Shown here: piece after piece, positions 53,057 through 64,000 of the stretch
How the letters are laid out: each line of letters begins with the position of its first letter
Numbering within the stretch: position 1 is the stretch's first letter
Assembly (NCBI GenBank): GCA_964016885.1
Contig: OZ024764.1
Location: forward strand, 4,030,001-4,094,000
Source: Eledone cirrhosa
Taxonomy: Eukaryota
DNA: 64,000 nt
Direction: 5' to 3'
Program-made: the position numbers and the translations under genes
The notes under the pieces: generated by a model
The model's database searches: none
Seen by the model: only the letters and a program-made list of their open reading frames with translations
What the model was told of the DNA's origin: nothing

Positions 53057-53910
53057 TTTAAATATAATAGAAACAACTCCACCAAAAACCACACTGCTCA
53101 TACCCAAGGTGCACATGACTGCTCAGTAATGCAGTGATAATGTGTAAAATAAAAATCATAATCTAACAAAGTAAGGAGTGTGGGACTGTGTCCTGAATAT
53201 ATTTTTTTATCCCGTTAGTAAAATAAGTTGGATTACTTTGAATAAATAATGAATGAATATTACATAATTTATCTACTAAATTTCGTAGTTCTTGATTAAA
53301 CATAAATATTGTTATATATAATGATTGCTTATTTCAAGATTCACTTCTTTTAACATTTTCAAATGTCAACACTTCCAGTTATGATATAACAGACACTATA
53401 TCATATCACTTATATAAACCTTCATATATTTACATCGTTATATAACGTTTATATTTCTGTACGCTAATTTTCTCATTTTTTGTTTTCATTACATTTCTCC
53501 GTAATCCAGTTTATATATAATATCGTCTGTTTTAAATGTATCATGGATTACTTTACTGATTACATAAGAGAGTGTAACACAGTCTCTCTTCAATTTCTGT
53601 GTATATTGTCAATTACGATGTCATTTGATGTATTATATCTACATGTATGTATATTGGTGTATAATATCAATATACACACTACACATGCTAGCAGAAAACC
53701 ACCCGAAGGATGGTTTTTTTGTTAGTAATAATAATAATTTTCAGGTAAAATTCCGAATTCCATTATAGCGAAATGTTTTTCAATAGCCGCGGTAATAACA
53801 AACAAATGCTTAATTTGTTTCGATCAATCTCGTTAAAAAAAATATTTTATTACAACAACATTTTTTTTTATATCCTGTAAATTTCATTATAACGGAATTT
53901 CACTGCAGTA

Positions 53911-54070
53911 AACTCCTTACGCCGGGATACTCTGCTCGAGGCCTGCCTCAGCCGAGCCCCCTCTGCCTACCTGCTGCCCTATCTGTCATATGGAGCCCCG
54001 ATAATGCTCCTTGCTGCTGATACAGTCATACCCTCGGCTACTGGGTACTGGGGTCCAACAGGGCGACCCT
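53911..54070 (+). pseudogene. Reverse-transcriptase fragment, CRE-clade-like
   Basis: NSLRRDTLLEACLSRAPSAYLLPYLSYGAPIMLLAADTVIPSATG/VQQGDP. A 7-bp duplication TACTGGG shifts the frame. Confidence 0.7.
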
Positions 54071-54367
54071 TTTTGCCGGCCTATTGGATGCCCCTTCGCA
54101 TAAGATGGTCCCTTTTTTTAAAAAATTATATTTAATGTTATATTTTGACGTTTATAGGATTTTTTATCGACCACGTCAAGTATTCGCGGCTTTTTACTCT
54201 TCGCAGGTGTTCTAAGAATGTAACCCCTGCAAATATCAGGGGACAACTGTATAGATATATATATATATATATAGTTTTATGACATGCCGAAAGTGTTGCG
54301 GTCCAGAACCCAACAAAACTTTTATATCACTGTTGTAATTATTTATATATATATATATACACACACA

Positions 54368-54762
54368 CATGGCTTAGTGGTTAGAGCATTGGCCTTGCAA
54401 TCGAAAGGTTGTGAGTTCAATTCTCGGACCGGGTGATGTGTTGTTTCCTTGAGCAAGACACTTTATTTCACATTGCTCCAGTTTACTCAGCTGTAGAAAT
54501 GAGATGATAGGGACCCCAGTCCCTATCATTCCAGTGCAAAGTGGTCGTGGAGGTGCCACGGCAAAAAAGCACCCAGCACTCACTGTAAATGAGGTTGGTG
54601 TTAGGAAGGGCATCCAGCTGTAGAAATCAAGCCCGAATCAGTTCCCGTATGAGCAAGACAAGGTCAGCCAACCGGACACTGCCCACAACAGGACAACCCG
54701 TCTAACCCATGCTAGCGTCGAAGAATGGACGTAAAACGGTCATGATGATGATGATGATGATG
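54368..54762 (+). mobile_element. SINE family B
   Basis: Matches 10067-10458. Confidence 0.88.
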
Positions 54763-55400
54763 CAAGTGTTTTTGAACACAGTTATGGCAAATGCAGTTAC
54801 AGTGAATCATGATTAAAGGAAATAGCAAATGATAAAGCTAAGATTAGCAAAGAAAGTCAAGCTTGTGCGGCCCTCTACCGATTCCGACCCCCCAAAAAAC
54901 AACAACAACAACAACAACAGCAATAACAACAATAATAATAATGATAATAATCGCAGTAGTCCTTTTATTAACCACAAGATGACATTGAGAAGGGATTTGA
55001 AGGTGAAGTAAGACGAAATATATGTTTATATATACTCACACATACACACTATATATATACACACACATACATTATATATATATATATATAAAATAAAGTA
55101 CCAGTAATGCACTGGGTAATTGCTGGCCTTGTGCCTAAAGTAGAAACAATTATATATATATATATATACAAACATATATATATATACAAAAATATATATA
55201 TATATATATATGTGTAAACCATATATATACAAACATATATATATATATATACAAACATATATATATATATATATATACACAAACATATATATATATGTAT
55301 ATATATATATACAAACACATATATATATATATACAAACACATATATATATATATACAAACACACATATATATATATATACAAGCACATATATATATACAA

Positions 55401-55435
<35 letters not shown>

Positions 55436-55555
55436 CAAACACACATATATATGTATATATATATGTATATATATATGTATATATGTATGAATGAAGTAAT
55501 TCCGTCGGAAAGGTCCAGGAAAAAAGAGTGCTCTACGTAGGTTACAGAGCTTATT

Positions 55556-55758
55556 AGTTATGTAATAAACAACATAAGATGATTATTTCATTTACCAGTG
55601 GTTTCTTGAAAGCAAACAAATTTGTTTTCAGTCATCAGAATGCACAAATCCTGCTGCACTTTCAATAAATACACCAGGATATTTTCATTCAAATTTGTTT
55701 GCTTTCAAGAAACCACTGGTAAATGAAATAACTATCTTATGTTGTTTATTACATAACT
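55556..55758. repeat. Inverted repeat (arms about 69 bp), Penelope-like
   Basis: AGTTATGTAATAAACAAC...CAAATTTG / CAAATTTG...GTTGTTTATTACATAACT. A degenerate CTGATGA-ct-GAAA lies in the spacer on the minus strand. Confidence 0.75.
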
Positions 55759-55819
55759 ATGTATATATATATACAAACACACATATATATATATATATGT
55801 ATACAAATATATATATATA

Positions 55820-56198
55820 CGAGGGTAATCCCAAAAGTAAGGTCTCCAAAGCGATGGGGACGCAGAGAAACTGTCCGTACGGCTGTTGGCAACACTGTTG
55901 TGATTGGTGCTTCCTTCACTCCCAAACAAGCATGCGTGCGCTTCGCTGGGATGCTCAATCTTGGCTTGGCAGCCGTTGAGAATGGAGCTCCCGTTGAACG
56001 CTACCGCAGCCAAGTGCGAATTTCGCGCAGTTATTATATACGAGGGCAATCCCAAAAGTAAGGTCTCCTTCCGAGGAAAACATGCGTAAAGATCGGCGGA
56101 TCACTCTGGATGCTCTCTGCGTTTTGGTTCCCGAGGTTTCCCGAAGCACGGAAAAGTTGCAATATCGGAAGGAGACCTTACTTTTGGGATTGCCCTCG
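55820..56198 (+). mobile_element. Internally deleted mariner element(s) with a duplicated left TIR
   Basis: TA-CGAGGG(T/C)AATCCCAAAAGTAAGGTCTCC at 55820 and 56041, and an inverted TIR ending 56198 plus TA. Transposase relics read MELPLNATAAKCEFRAVI and RKDRRITLDAL. Confidence 0.8.
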
Positions 56199-56231
56199 TA
56201 TATACACACACACATACACATATATATATAT

Positions 56232-56267
<36 letters not shown>

Positions 56268-56393
56268 TTTGAGTTTATGTTGGTTGTATACCAACACCTC
56301 AACACCTATGATTCCAGTTCCTCAGTGAAATAACAACCCAACAAGGAACTGGGCATATCAGAGTATTGACAATATCATACACCTAAACAACAT

Positions 56394-56650
56394 ATCTATC
56401 TATCTATCTATCTAAGGCGGGTAAAATTCCCGAGATCCATGGACGAGTTCTCTCCAGCGGTCTCTGTCCCTCATTATCGCTGCCATATCCTGCATCTCCA
56501 ACAGACCAGTGTCTGTCCTTAGGGCATCAACATATGTTAACCTTGGTCTTCCTCTTCTAGTGTGTTCATGTAGGGGCTCCCAAAGGAGCACTGAGTGCAA
56601 TGTCAACTCTGGATGTCGGTGAGCATGTCCAGCCAACCTCAGTCTTCTCT
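56394..56650 (-). mobile_element. RTE-like 3' end carrying the single-copy parent of the 96-bp satellite
   Basis: Encodes QRRLRLAGHAHRHPELTLHSVLLWEPLHEHTRRGRPRLTYVD...EFYPP* and ends in (AGAT)n. Confidence 0.88.
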
Positions 56651-56689
56651 GAAACAACATATGTACTTGTCTATACCACACTAATTCAA

Positions 56690-56744
56690 ACTGCCTGAAG
56701 AGGTCACAGCCAAAGATGGCTGTCACTGAAATATATATAGCAGT
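56690..56744 (+). ncRNA. Minimal type-I hammerhead ribozyme
   Basis: actgc-CTGAAGA-ggt-c-acagcc(aaagat)ggctgt-c-act-GAAA-tatata-TA-gcagt. Confidence 0.78.
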
Positions 56745-57017
56745 AATAAACGAAGCTAAATTTTAATCATTTGACTTTTATTTAACTTTATTTTATATAT
56801 ATATATACATATATAGGCCTGTGTGTGCCCCGTATTTGAATTTATATTTTAAAGTCTTAGTCATGCAGGGTTTTTTTGAAACTATATATATATATATATA
56901 TATGTTATGTGTTACGTAATTCCAAAGGAAAAGCAAAGGAAAAAAAGAGTGCTCTATTTGTAGAACAGAGCTATTTAATTAGAAAGTGAACAACACAAAA
57001 TATAACTACTCCATTAC

Positions 57018-57126
57018 ATATATATATATGTATGTATGTATGTATATATATAATATATATATATATATATAATATATATATATATATGTATGTATATATA
57101 TATATATAATATATTATATATATATA

Positions 57127-57166
<40 letters not shown>

Positions 57167-57200
57167 TATATATATATAATATATATATACAAAATATAAT

Positions 57201-57232
<32 letters not shown>

Positions 57233-57352
57233 ATATATTATATATATATATTATATATATATACAAAATATTATATATATATAATATATATATATAATAT
57301 TTTATATATAATATATATATATATATAATATTTTATATATATATAATATATT

Positions 57353-57384
<32 letters not shown>

Positions 57385-57528
57385 ATTATATATATGTAAT
57401 ATATTATATATATATAATATATATATATATATATTTAATTATATATATATGTAATATATAATATATATATATATCATCATCATCGTTTAACGTCCATTTT
57501 CCACGCTAGCATGGGTTATATATATATA

Positions 57529-57570
<42 letters not shown>
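57018..57570. repeat. (TA)n-rich tract
   Basis: Direct inspection. Confidence 0.95.
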
Positions 57571-57573
<3 letters not shown>

Positions 57574-57663
57574 ATAATAATAAATTTGAAGACTAAAATC
57601 CAATGAGGGCTCGGTAATGATAAATATATATCAAATATATAAGAACCGTAGAGCAAATATTAA

Positions 57664-58143
57664 TTAAAATATCAGTTTAAAGTTTAAGCAAAGAATCGCT
57701 GCTTTCACCCTTGAACGGAAAAACGAAGATAATACGTCATTATTTGGAGCGGGGAGAACAATTACACGTGTAACTGTTTTCACCGCTCCAAATAATGACG
57801 TATTATCTTCGTTTTTTTTTTCCGTTCTTTGCCAGGGAACGTCTTTTCGAACCACCTAATAGAATATTAGTCTACGACTTCATTTATACCATAGACGTGG
57901 TTTTGTCTTTGCGTGTAATTGTTTTCACCGGTCCAAATTATGACGTATTATCTTCGTTTTTTTCCGTTCATTGCCAGGGAACATCTTCACGAACCAAAGT
58001 ATCATCTTCCTGTCTTCCCCCGGTTGCAACGTTTTTCGAAATATTTATTTCTGCGTTCACAGATTGATTTTTTTTAGTTTCAGAAGATCCCGTTAAGGGT
58101 GAAAGCAGTGATTCTTTGCTTAAACATTAATCTGTTATTTTAA
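57664..58143. repeat. Nested inverted repeats
   Basis: Outer arms at 57664-57718 and 58090-58143, an inner hairpin at 57712-57828, and a direct repeat of the inner arm at about 57912-57995. Confidence 0.75.
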
Positions 58144-58552
58144 TAAATGTATATATATATATACACCACATACTTGAATTTAAGCTGCCCCCACTATTTT
58201 ATGCCTTGGAAATGCGCAAAAATCGAACCCTTATTTATTTAGAATGTGAATTTGGTGAAAAATTGTCAAATTATTGACCTTGAATATAAACCAACCCCCT
58301 TCTTTCAATGATTTGTTTGGGTCACATATCCCTTAGCTTATATTCAAGTATATATTGTGTCTATATGTGTGTCTGATTCTTTCTTGTTAGTGGTATTTGT
58401 TACAGTCAGGCCATTGTTCTACAATAAAATTATATTTTCCTATAATGATTTAGCAGAAAATATCTAAAAAAACAGGTTTGATGATTCAAATGGTTATAGT
58501 ATCTTTACTGGTGTGGAAATTGTGGAAATTTGTAGTATTTCAGGAGAAGAAT

Positions 58553-59487
58553 TTAACCCTTTAGCATCTACATTACTCTATATATACTATTGTATTTTCA
58601 CAGTAAAGCCTTTACCTCACATAATATCTCACATAACATTTACATTACTCTATATATACTATTGTATTTTCACAGTAAAGCCTTTACCTCACATAATATC
58701 TCACATAACATTTACATTACTCTATATATCCTATTGTATTTTCATGGTAAAGGCTTTACCTCACATATCTCACATAACATTTACATTACTCTATATATAC
58801 TATTGTATTTTCACAGTAAAGGCTTTACCTCACATAATATCTCACATAACATTTACATTACTCTATATATACTATTGTATTCTCACAGTAAAGGCTTTAC
58901 CTCACATAATATCTCACATAACATTTACATTACTCTATATATACTATTGTATTCTCACAGTAAAGGCTTTACCTCACATAATATCTCACATAACATTTAC
59001 ATTACTCTATATATACTATTGTATTGTCACAGTAAAGGCTTTACCTCACATAATATCTCACATACCATTTACATTACTCTATATATACTATTGTATTTTC
59101 ACAGTAAAGGCTTTACCTCACATAATACCTCACATAACATTTACATTACTGAATATATACTATTGTATTTTCACAGTAAAGGCTTTACCTCACATAATAT
59201 CTCGCATAACATTTACATTACTCTATATATACTTTTGTATTTTCACAGTAAAGGCTTTACCTCACATAATACCTCACATAACATTTACATTACTCAATAT
59301 ATACTATTGTATTTTCACAGTAAAGGCTTTATCTCACATAATATCTCACATAATATTGAATCTATGAGATTTTGGTATTATTTATTTTGAGAACAATACC
59401 TTAACCTAAGTATGAGTGGCTGGTTATAGCCAGTTTGAACAGAAAGAGGTGAAGGAATTCTGGCCAGTTTAAATACTAACGGGTTAA
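58553..59487. mobile_element. piggyBac-type MITE with a 72-bp array (about 11 units)
   Basis: TTAACCCTTTAGCATCTAC ... TAAATACTAACGGGTTAA. Confidence 0.9.
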
Positions 59488-59588
59488 TATCTGATTTGAC
59501 ACAGTCTTAGTGCTGTTTTTGTACTTCTCAAGAATATCTTGCTAATGTGGTTTTATGTGATTTGATAATTCAAATGATTGCAGTAAGT

Positions 59589-60225
59589 ATTTATAGTATA
59601 TTTACTGATTGTTGTGAAAATTTACAGTATTACAGTAAAGACTTTAATATTTAATGTGATGTATTCATAGTGTTGTTTTGTACTAAATGTTTATAGTATC
59701 TTTACTGGTAGACAGATTGTTGTGGAAATTTACAGTATTACAGTAAAGACTTTAGTATTTAATGTGATGTAGTCATAGTGTTGTTTTGTACTAAATGTTT
59801 ATAGTATCTTTACTGGGGGACAGATTGTTGTGAAAATTTACAGTATTACAGTAAAGACTTTAATATTTAATGTGATGTAGTCATAGTGTTGTTTTGTACT
59901 AAATGTTTATAGTATCTTTACTAGTGGACAGATTGTTGTGAAAATTTACAGTATTACAGTAAAGACTTTAATATTTAATGTGATGTAGTCATAGTGTTGT
60001 TTTGTACTAAATGTTTATAGTATCTTTACTGAGGGACAGATTGTTGTGAAAATTTACAGTATTACAGTAAAGACTTTAATATTTAATGTGATGTAGTCAT
60101 AGTGTTGTTTTGTACTAAATGTTTATAGTATATTTACTGGGGGACAGACTGTTGTGAAAATTTACAGTATTACAGTAAAGACTTTAATACTAAATGTGAT
60201 GTAGTCATAGTGTTGTTTTATACTT
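59589..60225 (+). repeat. 108-bp minisatellite (about 6 copies)
   Basis: AAAATTTACAGTATTACAGTAAAGAC recurs at about 59617, 59725, 59833, 59941, 60049 and 60157. Confidence 0.92.
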
Positions 60226-60529
60226 TCCAAGAATATCCTGGTGATGTAGTTCCACGTGGTAGAGAATGTTAAAAGTTAAATGATTCTTTGTTCAGAGCAG
60301 AGAAGACTCAAATAAATATATATATTGTATTAGCAATATAATATGAACAGACGATTGTCGTCACATGTATTGGTATGCCTGTATGTGCCTGTATATGCCT
60401 GTATGTGCCTGTATATATGGTGTGTGTCTGTCTGTGTATGTGTGTGTACATTGTCTGTGTATGTGTGTGTACATTATATATATACATTTGTGTTTCTATG
60501 TATGTATGTATGTATATGTATGTATATGT

Positions 60530-60988
60530 CAAAGGGCAAAGGAGCTCTTAAGAGTCAATGGCCATCCAAAATCACCGGGAGAGATGACCTCTTAGCCTTT
60601 GTCAAGGCAGAATTCTAGGAGAAGGAAAACTCTGATATAACACCTGCAACCCTGATGGTATCCAATGATGTTGAATTGTTCTTCTTTTTGGTAAATATCA
60701 TCTTGGTTAAGAGAGTGGGACTGGCTTTGTGCAGTGCCTTTGCTCACTATAAAAGCTTCAGGGCACAGGCATTGCTTTATATCTGGAGATCTCTCTGCAC
60801 TTGTCGTCACATGGTACCATGGGCCCAGCACTATGTGTCAATAATTGTCACAAGTGTAGTGTTTGTACCAGAGTTTTCAAGTCGCTGGCTGGACTAAAAA
60901 GTCACACTCGTTCAGCGCATCGGTAGGGGTTCTCCTACATGGATATAAAGTAGTGGCCGTACTCGAAAACGAGTTGGCAGCCACCATA
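60530..60988 (+). mobile_element. Bipartite non-autonomous RTE element (copy of 9578-10022)
   Basis: Near-identical to the first copy over about 385 bp. Confidence 0.75.
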
Positions 60989-60998
60989 TATATATATA

Positions 60999-61372
60999 TG
61001 TGGTAGAGAATGTAAATCAACAGGAGGGCTCAAGCGACATGCAAAAGTACACAAACTCCAAACACAGCCGACTATTCCCAGTGAATGTTTTGGTTGCCGA
61101 CTCTGTGCAAGACATTTTAGATCATTGGCTGGGCTAAAAAGCCACATTCGATCGCAGCGCTGTAAGTTGCTATCGTGTGTGTGTGTGTATAGATATGTTT
61201 ATGTGCATGCGCGTATGTGTATATATATATATATGTATATGTATATTATTATTGTTGTTGTCGTTATTATTATTGTTGTTGTTATTATTATTATTATTAT
61301 TATTGTTATTAATGTATATGTGTGTATATATGTATATGTGTGTGTATATATATATATATGTATATGTGTGTG

Positions 61373-61403
<31 letters not shown>

Positions 61404-61566
61404 ATGTATATATATATATATATGTGTGTATATATGTATATGTGTGTGTATATATGTATATATATATATATTTTTTTTATTTTTTTATTTTTTATTTATT
61501 TATTAATTTTTTTTTTTTTTTCTCCTCGTGCAATGGCCATACTCGATAACGAGGGGGCAGCCATCA
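60999..61566 (+). mobile_element. RTE-like LINE 3' end encoding two C2H2 fingers; 3'UTR expanded by microsatellites
   Basis: CGRECKSTGGLKRHAKVH...CRLCARHFRSLAGLKSHIRSQRC, with terminus GGCCATACTCGATAACGAGGGGGCAGCCATC(AT)n. Confidence 0.65.
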
Positions 61567-61912
61567 TATATATATATATATATTGGTCGTTTTATATATA
61601 TACATATATATATATATATTTTTTTTTTTGGTCGTTTTATATATATACATATATATATATATTTTTTTTTTGGTCGTTTTATATATATATATGTATATAT
61701 ATTTCGTTTCTGAATTTGTTTAGCAAGATTCTTTATCTGAGAACGTGTTGAAACCGATATTGTTATACTTTGGGAGGGTCATGTTGCCAATAAGAAACAC
61801 ACGCACCAGTTGCTCTCACTCCAATTTATTATAAATTAAATTTATAAATTTAAGAATTTATAAATTTCCGGTTGGTTGGTTGGTTCCATAACCGGACGGT
61901 TGTTCATATATT

Positions 61913-61955
61913 GTCAAAGTTCTTTCATCACACATTCTGTGACCTCTTCAGTGAC
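61913..61955 (-). ncRNA. Minimal hammerhead motif (homologue of 34289)
   Basis: gtca-CTGAAGA-ggtcacagaatgtgtgat-GAAA-gaac-TT-tgac. Confidence 0.68.
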
Positions 61956-62008
61956 TGGGGAATCTTTTCTTTGTTTTTGTCCCTCTCCTTTGTTCTGTCC
62001 TACATATA

Positions 62009-62052
<44 letters not shown>

Positions 62053-62103
62053 CATATATATACATATATATACATATATATACATATATATACATATATA
62101 TAC

Positions 62104-62138
<35 letters not shown>

Positions 62139-62354
62139 AAACGAAGGAAGTGTGGTAAGGAACCAGATGGACCATAACGCACCAAAGTACTCAATACTTA
62201 GGGTAGTAGAGTGGGTAATAGGAAAATGTTGAAACAGCTTGAGCTCTGCCGTCGGGGTTAAACATGTTCATATATTTATATATATATATATACCTATATG
62301 TGTATATATATATATACACACATATAGGTATATATATATATATATATATATATA

Positions 62355-62415
<61 letters not shown>

Positions 62416-62557
62416 ATATGTGTGTATACATATATATATACCTATATTTGTATATATATATATATGTATACCTATATGTGTATATATATATATATACACA
62501 TATAGGTATATATATATGAATAGATACACATATATATATATATATATATATAAATAT

Positions 62558-62839
62558 GTAGTTTAGAAAGCCACAACAATGCAGATGGGAAATCTCGAGG
62601 TAGGAAGTGAGTGATAGATAGGAGAAATAGGAGAAAATTGAGAGAAACGAAAATGAAAACAAAACAAAGGTAGAAGGGTTACCGTAGTGGAGATTTAATC
62701 CCAATATTTCGGGCTTACGCCCTTCTACCTTTGTTTTGTTTTCATTTTCGTTTCTCTCAATTTTCACTTTTCTCCTATTTCTCACTCACTTCCTACCTCG
62801 AGATTTCCCTCTGCATTGTTGTGGCTTTCTAAACTACGT
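62558..62839. repeat. Long inverted repeat (arms about 115 bp) between (TA)n tracts
   Basis: GTAGTTTAGAAAGCCACAAC...GTAGAAGGG / CCCTTCTAC...GTTGTGGCTTTCTAAACTAC. Confidence 0.85.
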
Positions 62840-63629
62840 ATTTTACACATTTCACAATGCTTCAAGCAAACTTTAACACCCTCATATATATATATATATA
62901 CACATATAGATATATATATATAAATAGATACACATATAAGTATATATATATATATTTCATCACGATTTCTCACGAATGAAACAGTTCTAGTCCTGTAGAA
63001 GCCATTTCTATATTAAATATTTATACTCTGCCATGTATTGAGTACCTTACTTACTGTGGTTACCCCCAATTGAGCCCAGGATAAACTTATATATATATAT
63101 ATAATATATACATACATACACATATATATATGTATATAATGTATAATATATATAATATATACATACGTACACATATATATATATGCATATAATGTATAAT
63201 ATATATATATATATACATACATACACATATATATATGCATATAATGTATAATATATATAATATATACATACATACACATATATATATGCATATAATGTAT
63301 AATATATATAATATATACATACATACACACATATATATATGCATATAATGTATAATATATATAATATATACATACATACACATATATATATACATATAAT
63401 GTATATATATATATATAATATATACATACATACACATATATATATGTATATAATGTATAATATATATAATATATATACATACATACACACATATATATGC
63501 ATATAATGTATAATATATATAATATATACATACATACACACATATATATGCATATAATGTATAATATATATAATATATACATACATACACACATATATAT
63601 ATATGTATGTATTATATATATATATATAA

Positions 63630-63816
63630 GGGTGGTGGATTGGCAGTATTGGTGGAGGGTCGGACGTCATGCTTTGGCGCATAGAGTTACGTCCCTTTAC
63701 GGCCTGAGTTCAAATCCCGTCGAGGTTCACTTTGCCTTTCATCCTTACGGGGTCGATAAAATAAAGTACCAGTAATACACTGGGGTAATTGCTGGCCTTG
63801 TGCCTAAAGTAGAAAC

Positions 63817-63821
<5 letters not shown>
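63630..63821 (+). mobile_element. SINE family A
   Basis: Matches 16522-16710 and is embedded in (TA)n. Confidence 0.88.
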
Positions 63822-63874
<53 letters not shown>

Positions 63875-63884
<10 letters not shown>

Positions 63885-64000
63885 ATATTATGTAAACATG
63901 TATGTATATATTATGTAAAGATGTATGTATATATTATGTAAAGATGTATGTATATATTATGTAAACATGTATGTATATATTATGTAAAGATGTATGTATG
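63875..64000. repeat. 23-bp minisatellite ATGTATGTATATATTATGTAAA(G/C), truncated by the window end
   Basis: Direct inspection. Confidence 0.85.

Noticed and set aside
54-63775. Long ORFs in the supplied track (YIYI, HNIYITLY, PPP/TTT/HHH, VVV and SLSL types, up to 634 aa)
   Set aside because: They are translations of micro- and minisatellites that lack stops in several frames, with no splice signals or domain structure.

Overview
Eukaryotic, AT-rich, extremely repeat-dense animal DNA. The SINE types, (TA)n load and RTE/CR1/Penelope relics resemble a coleoid cephalopod such as Octopus; this is an inference. The only well-supported host gene is the 3' end of a plus-strand protein-coding gene. 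Its four phase-consistent GT-AG exons (1865-1930, 5692-5801, 11768-11859, 14253-14278) splice to INLDGLVDEDTDIEADLEDDVQILLLQRNYNVMSDLKRSFKDMVKEYIEKLGAENGCLIFLKSSTNEIFSDETEDMMMCSTVVNTMTIPASWWHRRT*, which I could not identify. Nearly all ORFs in the supplied track are artefacts of tandem or simple repeats. The rest of the window is tRNA-derived SINEs, RTE/CR1/L1-like/CRE LINE fragments, piggyBac-type and Tc1/mariner-type MITEs, non-autonomous Helitrons and minisatellites. Five patterns stand out. (1) About 14 minimal type-I hammerhead-ribozyme motifs lie in Penelope-like units embedded in (TA)n, several as mirror pairs in long palindromes. (2) A 2.2-kb array has different TE fragments stacked between 11 copies of AAGGTAAGT. 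(3) Most minisatellites are amplified internal segments of TEs, with the same unit recurring at independent loci and an unamplified monomer present in the window. (4) A piggyBac MITE family shows an empty-site paralogue and swapped ends. (5) Bipartite RTE elements carry C2H2 fingers and a covarying 3' stem-loop. TE boundaries and copy numbers were read by eye and are approximate.
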